This document shows, one piece after another, positions 47,903 through 55,154 of a DNA stretch of 55,154 nucleotides. Numbering within the stretch: position 1 is the first letter of the stretch; every line of letters begins with the position of its first letter. The notes beneath the pieces are model-generated. The model saw only the letters and a program-made list of their open reading frames with translations, was not told the DNA's origin and searched no databases. Position numbers and translations under genes: made by a program. The DNA is from an uncultured Candidatus Saccharibacteria bacterium (GTDB lineage Bacteria; Patescibacteriota; Minisyncoccia; Phycocordibacterales; PALSA-1337): the NCBI GenBank assembly GCA_964416985.1, contig CAYQFS010000002.1, forward strand, positions 1-55,154. The letters are read 5' to 3'.

Positions 47903-48190
47903 TAAAACATCGAACACCATCAAAATCTTTGTTTTTGAATGGTATCAATTCTTAAATCACCGTAATAACGGGAAAATAACGGTGAAATTGTAGGAAAAAT
48001 TTATTTTTAAGTACCACAATTCTCATATTAGAATTGTATGTATTTCTCTTTCTTCTTGTACTGGCGCGAATTTTTTTCAAAAAGAGCTTTTGCCCGTATT
48101 AGCGGGCAATTAGCGGGTAATGAAAGCTTAATTTTTCTTTAACTAGTGAATCAAGCCTTAAAATGATAAAATCGTATTATAAATGCCTTT

Positions 48191-49813
48191 ATGTTAAAAA
48201 CTTCCGACCAACAATTTAAAGAATGGCTTACTAAACCAGAAGGACTAAATTTAGAGTTCAAAAAAGCGGAGAATAGTTTCAGTGAATCAAAAGATTTGCC
48301 TGATTATTGTGCTGCCCTGGCTAACGAAGGTGGCGGGAAACTAATCCTCGGAGTAACGAATGATAAGCAAATAACAGGCACGAAGGCTTTTGAAGGTAAT
48401 ACAGACTCACTATCTCATAAAATTTTGCAAATCATAAAAATACGAGTAGATGTTGAAGAAACAATTATTGATGATAAACGCATTTTAATTTTTCATGTTC
48501 CAAGTCGTCCTATAGCAACAATAATTAGTTCTGGCGGTGATTATAGATATCCTATGCGGGCAGGTAGTTCTTTAGTAGAAATGACTCAAGAAAAGATAAG
48601 AGAAATTCACAGCGAAACGCAATCAGATTTTTCAACACAGATTGTTCCAAAGTTAGCAATTGATGATATGGACCCGTCAGCAGTCGATACTTTTAAAGCT
48701 CTTTGGGCAAGACAGCAAAACAATGATGAGTACCTTAATTTCTCGATGGAAAAGGTATTGAGTTCAATTCACGTTCTTTCAGATGAAGGAATAAACTATG
48801 CTGGTCTTGTTCTTTTTGCCAAAAGCGAGAAAATAAGCGAATTATTGCCTGGTGCAGAAATTATCTTTGAATGGAGGCAGGAAGAAAAAATAGGGCATGA
48901 CTTTCGTAAAGAATGGCGAGTTCCTTTCTTCTCTATCTTTGATGATATTTGGGCGACTATCAATGCAAGAAACATAAGGTTCCCTTTCCAAGAGGGCTTT
49001 ATACAAAGAGAGGTTTTTGCTTTTAATGAGAAAACTATTCGAGAGGCTGTTTTAAATGCAGTAACACATAGAGACTACAATATTCAGTCACAATCAGTGT
49101 TTATTAAAGCTTCGCCCGAACAATTTTTAATACTAAGTCCTGGTGGTTTTGTAAAAGGCATTACAGCAGAAAATATACTTAATCGTTCCGCTTGGCGTAA
49201 CCGTCGTATTGCAGAAGTGTTGCAAATGGCGGGCTTGGTAGAAAGGGCGGGGCAAGGTATGGATACAATTTTCGGTAATACTATTCGTGAGGGTAAGGGG
49301 GTCCCAGATTTTAGCGGTAGCGATAATGATTGGGTTAGTTTGCATATACCAGCAAAGGTGAAAGATGAACAGTTTATTCTCTTTTTAGAGAAAGTGACAA
49401 ATGACAAACAAATTACTCTCTCCTTTGAAGAAATTTGTGAGCTAGAGAGTATTAGAGAACATCAAAAGGTTACAGATGTCAGTTCAAAAGAGAAATTCTT
49501 GAGTTTGGGAATTATTGAAAAAGTGGGTAGGACCAGTGGGGCAAAATATATTCTTTCTCATAAATGGTATCAATACAAAGAGAGACCAGGTTTGTATACA
49601 AAGATTGTTGGGCTTTCTCGCGAAAAAAATAAAGAACTAATTCTTACTCATCTTATAAAAAATCCTGAAGGAGCAAAAAGTGCTGATTTTCAAGACGCAC
49701 TCGGGCTTGACCAAAAGACGGTTAATAATATGTTACAAGAATTAAAGCAGGAAAATAAAGTTCGATTTGAAGGCGCTAAAGCCTCGGGAAAATGGTTTAT
49801 CGCAAGTAGTTAA
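48191..49813 (+). CDS. AlbA_2/Schlafen-domain ATP-binding protein (RecG-C/HATPase-like plus wHTH)
   Basis: LEFKKA..AALANEGGGKLILGV; IREAVLNAVTHRDY; RNRRIAEVL..GLVERAGQG; C-terminal wHTH. Confidence 0.88.
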   Translation: MLKTSDQQFKEWLTKPEGLNLEFKKAENSFSESKDLPDYCAALANEGGGKLILGVTNDKQITGTKAFEGNTDSLSHKILQIIKIRVDVEETIIDDKRILIFHVPSRPIATIISSGGDYRYPMRAGSSLVEMTQEKIREIHSETQSDFSTQIVPKLAIDDMDPSAVDTFKALWARQQNNDEYLNFSMEKVLSSIHVLSDEGINYAGLVLFAKSEKISELLPGAEIIFEWRQEEKIGHDFRKEWRVPFFSIFDDIWATINARNIRFPFQEGFIQREVFAFNEKTIREAVLNAVTHRDYNIQSQSVFIKASPEQFLILSPGGFVKGITAENILNRSAWRNRRIAEVLQMAGLVERAGQGMDTIFGNTIREGKGVPDFSGSDNDWVSLHIPAKVKDEQFILFLEKVTNDKQITLSFEEICELESIREHQKVTDVSSKEKFLSLGIIEKVGRTSGAKYILSHKWYQYKERPGLYTKIVGLSREKNKELILTHLIKNPEGAKSADFQDALGLDQKTVNNMLQELKQENKVRFEGAKASGKWFIASS

Positions 49814-49983
49814 TAGTAGTTAATAATTGGCACTAAATCTTAAACAAAAGTACTAGTTTAAAGGATAAAAAGTGTCTTAAATAAGTTAAGAATAAGTTGA
49901 GTTTGTTTTAAATGAGGTATGTTTTTTTTAAATGCAAAACATTGTAAAGTGGCCGTTTTTATGGCACAATACTTCTCAATACG

Positions 49984-51192
49984 ATGAACTCGGAAAAGGT
50001 CCAAAAAATTGTAGAGAACATTGGTACTCCCTGCTTTATCTACGACAAAGCGGTTCTTGACCAGAATATACAGAGGGTTTTTACATCTGCTTCTCATCAC
50101 GAATTAAATGAAAGAATAAAAATTTACATCTCATATTTTTCTAATTCTAATCCGGCTTTATTTTCTGAAATTAAGAATGAAAAAATCGGACTCTTACTTC
50201 AAACCGAGGAAGAATGGTACCAGCTTCAGAAAGGGGGTCTTCAGAAAAATATGCTTGTTTCGCCCTCATTTCTTTCTAACGAAGAAATTGATTTTTGGGT
50301 TAGCAAAGGAATTAGAGTAAATCTCGCCTCGCTTGAGGAAGTTCAGTATACATTGGAAAAATACCCAGATTATCCTATCAGCTTTAGGTTGGACTTTACC
50401 TTTTGGCAAAATCAGAGAACAGGAATAAAGAAGAAAGAGCTACCTGCTTTATTAGAAATACTACATAAATACAATAGAAAACCTCACTCATTTCATGTAT
50501 ACGCTGGTACAGGAAGTAGTTTGTCACAGATGAAAAAAGCGGCACAAAGGACACTAAAGCTCTATGAGTCTCATTTCCCTGACGTTGAGGAAATAAACTT
50601 TGGCGGTGGTTTTGGTTTTGACTACACCGCTAAAAAACCAGAGGATAAGCATTTTGATTGGGATAGTTATTTTGCTTTTTTAACCACTCTTATTTCAGAA
50701 AGTAAGGTCCCTAAAAACGTAAAGTTATCTTTTGAGCCAGGTCGTGATTTGTTCGCAGATATTGGAGTTCTTGCGACTAGGGTAAAAAGAGTCCTGAATA
50801 ACAGGTCTGTTTTAGACGTCGCTACTGATAGCTCATTTGTTTATATGCCTTCAGCGACAAAGAGGGCGCGAACTCATCAATTAAATTTTATGAGGGACTA
50901 CAAGATTATGACGGACTTCAGAGCTACAAAAGCTATGTTAAGTGGTTGTACTACTCTCTCAAAAGATTATCTTCTACCTGAAAAGGTTGAGGTACCATCA
51001 GATATAAAAATCGGAGACTTAGTAATCGTAAAAGATGTTGGGGCTTATGGTGCAACGCAACATCTTGAATTTTTGAATAAAAGACCAGCACCGGAAGTCT
51101 TGATAAATGGCGATGAAAACTACTTGATTTCAGAGAGAGGGGCCCTTGAAGATAGGGTACGATATTTGGTTTCTCCCATTAAGAAAATATAA
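49984..51192 (+). CDS. fold-III PLP decarboxylase (LysA/ODC family) homologue, atypical active site
   Basis: GTPCFIYD, INFGGGFG, FEPGR, DVGAYG; YAxKAN motif appears as SYFSNSN. Confidence 0.85.
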   Translation: MNSEKVQKIVENIGTPCFIYDKAVLDQNIQRVFTSASHHELNERIKIYISYFSNSNPALFSEIKNEKIGLLLQTEEEWYQLQKGGLQKNMLVSPSFLSNEEIDFWVSKGIRVNLASLEEVQYTLEKYPDYPISFRLDFTFWQNQRTGIKKKELPALLEILHKYNRKPHSFHVYAGTGSSLSQMKKAAQRTLKLYESHFPDVEEINFGGGFGFDYTAKKPEDKHFDWDSYFAFLTTLISESKVPKNVKLSFEPGRDLFADIGVLATRVKRVLNNRSVLDVATDSSFVYMPSATKRARTHQLNFMRDYKIMTDFRATKAMLSGCTTLSKDYLLPEKVEVPSDIKIGDLVIVKDVGAYGATQHLEFLNKRPAPEVLINGDENYLISERGALEDRVRYLVSPIKKI

Positions 51193-51986
51193 TGAAAATT
51201 GAAGACACAAAACTCTATACATCAGCCGACACCTACTTTGAAGGTCCTGATGGTATGAAAAATGAAGTAGCGATGTGGTACATTGCCTCTGGTTTACTCA
51301 TGAGAGAAATTGCAAAAAGAAAGGGTAATTTACCTTTTGGCGGACTAGGTAAAACACAAGGATATGCCATTACTCCTGACAAAGCTGACACTCTTGATTT
51401 GCTAGACCTTTGTAGCGGTCCTGGTAATTTTGTAAATCACTTAAGCTTTGCTTTTCCCTGGCTCAATGCCGTATGTGTTGATGTGAATGATACTTTCTTG
51501 AAGGCGGGACAAAAGCAGTTTGATAAATGGTCCTTTATCAATGCAGATGTTACAAAGCTTGATTTGGGTAAACAATTTGATTGCGTTACTGCCAGCTCTG
51601 CTTATCACCACATAGAACATAGTCAAAAGATAGATTTCTTAAAAACTATTAAGAAGCACTTGAAGAAGGGTGGTTTTGCTTTGATATGTGAAAACTTCTT
51701 GCCTGAATATTCTTCAGATGAAGAAAGAACTGAAAGCATAAAGCTGTATTACAGCGAACTTATAAGCTACTACAAAGAGGGTAATGCAACAGAAAAATCT
51801 ATTGAGGCTATTGATGAGGTCTTTAAGCTTGAATTAGCCGGAGTGGAAGAACATAAGGTAACAAGAGCTATATTTGAAAAACAGGTGAAAGAAGTGGGAT
51901 TGTCCATAGATATTGATATTGTCGTTTGGCAATCTGAAAAGTTGCGTTCAAGTAATGCAGGTTCGCATGTTTTGGTTTTATCATAG
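51192..51986 (+). CDS. class I SAM-dependent methyltransferase
   Basis: LLDLCSGPG motif I, VCVD, NAD, FDCV.ASSAYHH, LKKGG; TAATG overlap with the upstream gene. Confidence 0.9.
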   Translation: MKIEDTKLYTSADTYFEGPDGMKNEVAMWYIASGLLMREIAKRKGNLPFGGLGKTQGYAITPDKADTLDLLDLCSGPGNFVNHLSFAFPWLNAVCVDVNDTFLKAGQKQFDKWSFINADVTKLDLGKQFDCVTASSAYHHIEHSQKIDFLKTIKKHLKKGGFALICENFLPEYSSDEERTESIKLYYSELISYYKEGNATEKSIEAIDEVFKLELAGVEEHKVTRAIFEKQVKEVGLSIDIDIVVWQSEKLRSSNAGSHVLVLS

Positions 51987-52000
51987 ATAGCCTCGGACCC

Positions 52001-52029
52001 TTGCATTGAATTATACCTCTACGTATAAT
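52001..52029 (+). promoter_or_regulatory. sigma70 promoter TTGCAT-N17-TATAAT
   Basis: near-consensus, 7 nt before ATG 52037. Confidence 0.65.
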
Positions 52030-52036
52030 ATGGGGT

Positions 52037-52852
52037 ATGAAGGAAAAACCTATAGTTATATGCGGTGACTGGTACGACATTGCTTTCGCTAATTTCGTAC
52101 AGAAAGATAAAGAGTTATACGAAAATTACTATTTACTTCTCCAGGTCCCTCGTTATCGTGTCTCTGATACTGATGAAAAATATCGAGTTATAAATTATTG
52201 GGACGAACAAGGCTTGCTCTTGAATGAGCGAGGTAAGACGGACTCGTGGCGCAAGTTTAGTATCCTTGATGTTATTTGGATACGCATACTCCAAACACTC
52301 AAAGAGTACGGCATGGAAGGCGACAAAATTTTACGTCTCAAATCGGACCTATTTCAGGTCCAAGATAAAGAAGGACGATATACGGAGTTTGCTTTCTGGG
52401 TGAATATGGCGCACCACTACAAAGATGTATTTTTGATTGTGTTATCAGATGGCAGAGGGACCATAGCCACAACAACCGACATTGAGTTTCAACAGCTTAT
52501 CGAGCCATTTAAGCAGTCATTTATTTCCGTTGATTTTCGATACATTGTTCGGTCCATTATCTTTCCTAAAAATAAAGGTAAAAAGGTTGTTGAGTTTAAT
52601 CGCAAACTCGATGAGAAAGAAATTGAGCTATTGAACGCACTCTCGAATGTGAACGTTGAGACTGTTACAGCGCATTTGAAGAAAGGCAAGATTGACCGTA
52701 TCGAATGGAAAAGCGTTGAGCAAAACCCTGAACGGCTTTTTGAGATGTTGAGAAAGAAAATTTATGAGTCTCCAAACCAGACCATCACCCTCAAAAGGCA
52801 AGATGGAAAAGTTCTTTTTATAGAGCAGAAAAAGAGTCAGAAATTACCCTGA
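52037..52852 (+). CDS. MerR-family HTH protein
   Basis: YRVINYWDEQGLL...WRKFSILDVIWIRIL..LKEYG. Confidence 0.8.
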   Translation: MKEKPIVICGDWYDIAFANFVQKDKELYENYYLLLQVPRYRVSDTDEKYRVINYWDEQGLLLNERGKTDSWRKFSILDVIWIRILQTLKEYGMEGDKILRLKSDLFQVQDKEGRYTEFAFWVNMAHHYKDVFLIVLSDGRGTIATTTDIEFQQLIEPFKQSFISVDFRYIVRSIIFPKNKGKKVVEFNRKLDEKEIELLNALSNVNVETVTAHLKKGKIDRIEWKSVEQNPERLFEMLRKKIYESPNQTITLKRQDGKVLFIEQKKSQKLP

Positions 52853-52940
52853 CTCGAATAAGGTGACCGAGTAGCGGAGCCATTATATTTCCCGAGACAG
52901 ATGACCGATAAACGGAGTTTGCTCACAAGAAAAATATGAA

Positions 52941-53102
52941 GTGCTTACTCCACAACAAGCTCGGAAGTATCTCAAGAAACGAGACATTTCCGACGAACGA
53001 TTGAAAGTGATACTTGGGTATCTGTACGGATTGGTCGAAACAATGATTAAACAAGAACGAAAAAGCTATGAGCGACATATCAGACAAACAGCACGAGGCT
53101 AA
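52941..53102 (+). CDS. small hypothetical protein (53 aa from GTG; possible frameshifted start)
   Basis: VLTPQQARKYLKKRDISDERLKVILGYLYGLV..., a helical small protein typical upstream of LSRs; not in ORF track. Confidence 0.45.
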   Translation: MLTPQQARKYLKKRDISDERLKVILGYLYGLVETMIKQERKSYERHIRQTARG

Positions 53103-53547
53103 CAAACAAAACGCTCTTTTGGGCGGTGTTAAAACCGACGAGGGTAAGGCTATTTCTCGCTACAACGCCGTACGTCATGGAATTTTGAGAGAAACCATAA
53201 CGGAGTACGAGAAGATAGACCATGAACGCATATTCAACGAGTTTGCCGACTTCTATAAGCCTGAAAATCTCGTTGAGGAAATTCTGGTTGAACGTTTGAC
53301 TGTGGCTTATATAAAAATGGCTCGTGTCTCTCGGGCAGAAAACGAGCTTATGAAAAGTGCTATTGACCCCACGATACCTTTTGGCGAGGGTGTTTCCTAT
53401 TATGAAAAGATTGGATATAAGGTGGTCCTGCCATCGGATAAAGTGACACTACTTTCCGATGTCTATGCTCGATATGAGACTGCTGTAGAAAAGCGTTTCT
53501 ATAGGGCTATGAACACCCTTAATGAGCTTAAAAAGACATACGCATGA
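53068..53547 (+). CDS. hypothetical mobile-element protein
   Basis: GGVKTDEGKAISRYNAVRHG motif; ATGA coupling to the LSR. Confidence 0.75.
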   Translation: MSDISDKQHEANKQNALLGGVKTDEGKAISRYNAVRHGILRETITEYEKIDHERIFNEFADFYKPENLVEEILVERLTVAYIKMARVSRAENELMKSAIDPTIPFGEGVSYYEKIGYKVVLPSDKVTLLSDVYARYETAVEKRFYRAMNTLNELKKTYA

Positions 53548-55139
53548 GTACTAAATCCTCAAAAATGGGTTTGTTTGGTAAAAAGCTCAAGATTGAGGAT
53601 TATGAGTTTGCCCTTAGCTATTGTCGTGTATCTTCAAAGAAACAAGAGCTTGAGGGTAGTGGGCTTGATAGCCAAGAGACCCGAAATGAACAACTCGCAA
53701 AATATCACAAGCTAAAAATCGAGAAAGTTTTTCGGGATACGTTCTCGGGTGGTGGCGATTTCATGAAGCGTCCCGACATGCGTGAGCTTATTGAATATCT
53801 CGACGCACACCCGTACAGAAAATACGTAGTTATCTTTGATGACCTCAAGCGCTTTGCTCGTGACACAAAATTTCACTTTGAGCTTAGGACGGCTCTTGAG
53901 GCTCGCAACGCTTTACCTCTGTGCTCAAACTTTGTCTTTGACGATACGCCCGAAGGTGTCTTTGTCGAGACAATTCAAGCGGCACATAATCAGCTCGAAC
54001 GCGAACAGAATAGACGACAGGTGATAGAAAAGCAGAGAGCATGTCTTGAACGTGGCTATTGGGCTTTTCACTCGCTTAAGGGCTATTCAAAGAGTAAAAC
54101 GAGCATTGGTAAGCGTGATGAGCCTAACGAGCAAAATAAGTACATCAGAGAGCTTTTTGAGGGGTTCTTTTCCGGTCGTTTTCAGCAATTTATTGATGGG
54201 GCACGTTTTCTCAAAGAGACGAAAGTGCTCGGGAAGGCACACCCTGAAAAATATATTGAGACGGTTAAGAGTATTCTCACGCAACCTTTCTACGCAGGCT
54301 TTTTAGAATACCCGAAATGGGAAGTGTCTCGACGACAAGGAATACATGAACCGACTGTCAGCCCTGAATTGTTTGAGGCGGTCCAAAAGAAAATCACCCG
54401 TAACTACAATGTTGTAAAAGTAAGACAAGATATTAACCCTGATTTTCCTTTGCGTGGTTTAGTGAGCTGTGCAGTTTGCAAGAGTAAACTCACTGGCGCA
54501 TGGTCCAAAGGCAAAAAACAATTGTACCCGTATTACTTTTGTCAGAATAAAAAGTGTCCGCTCAAGAGTTCTGTTATCCGAAGGAAGGACCTCGAAGATA
54601 AATTCGAGGAGCTCTTGCAGAAGATGACAACCGACGACGATATTATCGAGCTCGCAAAAGCTGTTTTCATTGACGCAAAAGAAACTGATGAAAAAGAGTC
54701 AGTTTTGGAAAAGAAAACGTATGCCAAGCGAAAAGAAGAATGTGAGGCTGATATTGAAAACTATATGGAGCGTGCCGGTAAAGCCAAGGTCCCGTCAGTG
54801 ATTGCTCAATACGAAAAGAAAATCGAGAAGTTGGCGGCCGAACTTGAACAATTGGAGTCAGATAGCCTTGCCGAGTACGACTATGGCGTACCTTATCGAA
54901 CAGCCTTGGACAAAGTAATGGGCGTGCTTAAAAACCCTTATCCTACTTGGGCGGAGTTCGATGTTTTCGGGCAACAGAAGTTCTTTTCATTCCTTTTTGA
55001 GGTGAATTTAGAGTACGACAAAAAAGAGGGTTATCGAACACCAAAATATACAGTCCTTAAAAGGGTTTTAGAGGAAATTGAGTCCTCTGGCTCGGTTGAT
55101 GTGGAGATGACGGGAGTCGAACCCGCAAACCCCAGCTAG
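53544..55139 (+). CDS. large serine recombinase
   Basis: YCRVSS catalytic Ser, DDLKRFAR, recombinase domain, zinc ribbon CAVC...YYFCQNKKC, coiled coil. Confidence 0.95.
   Translation: MSTKSSKMGLFGKKLKIEDYEFALSYCRVSSKKQELEGSGLDSQETRNEQLAKYHKLKIEKVFRDTFSGGGDFMKRPDMRELIEYLDAHPYRKYVVIFDDLKRFARDTKFHFELRTALEARNALPLCSNFVFDDTPEGVFVETIQAAHNQLEREQNRRQVIEKQRACLERGYWAFHSLKGYSKSKTSIGKRDEPNEQNKYIRELFEGFFSGRFQQFIDGARFLKETKVLGKAHPEKYIETVKSILTQPFYAGFLEYPKWEVSRRQGIHEPTVSPELFEAVQKKITRNYNVVKVRQDINPDFPLRGLVSCAVCKSKLTGAWSKGKKQLYPYYFCQNKKCPLKSSVIRRKDLEDKFEELLQKMTTDDDIIELAKAVFIDAKETDEKESVLEKKTYAKRKEECEADIENYMERAGKAKVPSVIAQYEKKIEKLAAELEQLESDSLAEYDYGVPYRTALDKVMGVLKNPYPTWAEFDVFGQQKFFSFLFEVNLEYDKKEGYRTPKYTVLKRVLEEIESSGSVDVEMTGVEPANPS
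55093..55105 (+). repeat. attR-like site (P arm CGGTTGATGT plus core)
   Basis: core TGTGGA 55100-55105 inside the LSR ORF. Confidence 0.75.
55102..55126 (-). other. tmRNA/tRNA-Ala-like 3' end fragment (T arm, acceptor 3' strand, discriminator)
   Basis: GCGGG-TTCGACT-CCCGT-CATCTCC-A; upstream bases lack the GGAC or anticodon arm expected of an intact gene. Confidence 0.65.
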
Positions 55140-55154
55140 CGAGAAGGAGTTCCA

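Larger units (their letters stand above)
47891..55104. mobile_element. integrative element with large serine recombinase (~7.2 kb)
   Basis: LSR at right end, direct-repeat cores, symmetric reconstructed attP, visibly AT-richer cargo, tmRNA/tRNA-like target. Confidence 0.8.

Noticed and set aside
76-54727. Numerous overlapping antisense and alternate-frame ORFs in the track (e.g. 1816-2340, 5385-6020, 8734-9225, 12200-12793, 13461-14036, 34674-35273)
   Set aside because: They are shadows of well-supported genes, with no motifs or initiation signals.
1-55154. CRISPR array or cas genes
   Set aside because: No regularly spaced repeats and no Cas motifs seen.
1-55154. Alternative genetic code (TGA read-through, as in Gracilibacteria)
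   Set aside because: Conserved genes are full length under the standard code, and TGA ends ORFs at sensible points (e.g. 6641, 35855).
47771-55154. Circularly permuted two-piece tmRNA split by the element
   Set aside because: The left flank lacks a GGGGATG 5' acceptor strand, a GATTCGAC-like loop and a tag-like ORF.

Overview
Chromosomal segment of a small-genome bacterium. The gene repertoire points to Patescibacteria/Parcubacteria (inference): split transketolase, short AlaRS, UvrC without HhH tail, sigma4-HTH/wHTH protein, FtsA-like plus baseplate-J-like pair, kinase-less receivers. Standard genetic code. About 48 kb is mostly plus-strand housekeeping DNA: rplU, recR, dnaB, pentose-phosphate genes, uvrB/A/C, ddl, tRNA-Ala(TGC), trhO, zwf, ychF, leuS, mltG, mnmA, udg, alaS, the infA-rpsI alpha operon and grpE. 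Self-contained orphan transcription units are interspersed. The last ~7.2 kb (47891-55104) is an integrative element with a large serine recombinase (LSR). Its ends share a TGTGGA core. Rejoining them gives a symmetric attP (CGGTTGATGT-GG-ACATAGACCG) lying inside the LSR reading frame, so integration into a tmRNA-like 3' end would swap the recombinase C-terminus (531 aa integrated, 553 aa excised). Cargo includes an AlbA_2/Schlafen ATPase and a coupled pair: a fold-III PLP decarboxylase homologue lacking its Schiff-base lysine and a SAM methyltransferase. Other highlights: a NUDIX domain inside LeuRS, a complete attenuator with a leaderless uORF, a candidate ~160-nt structured ncRNA, an Fe-S-free family-4 UDG, a Ddl lacking its omega loop, and pervasive leaderless initiation. 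Family assignments come from motif recognition only; no database searches were run.
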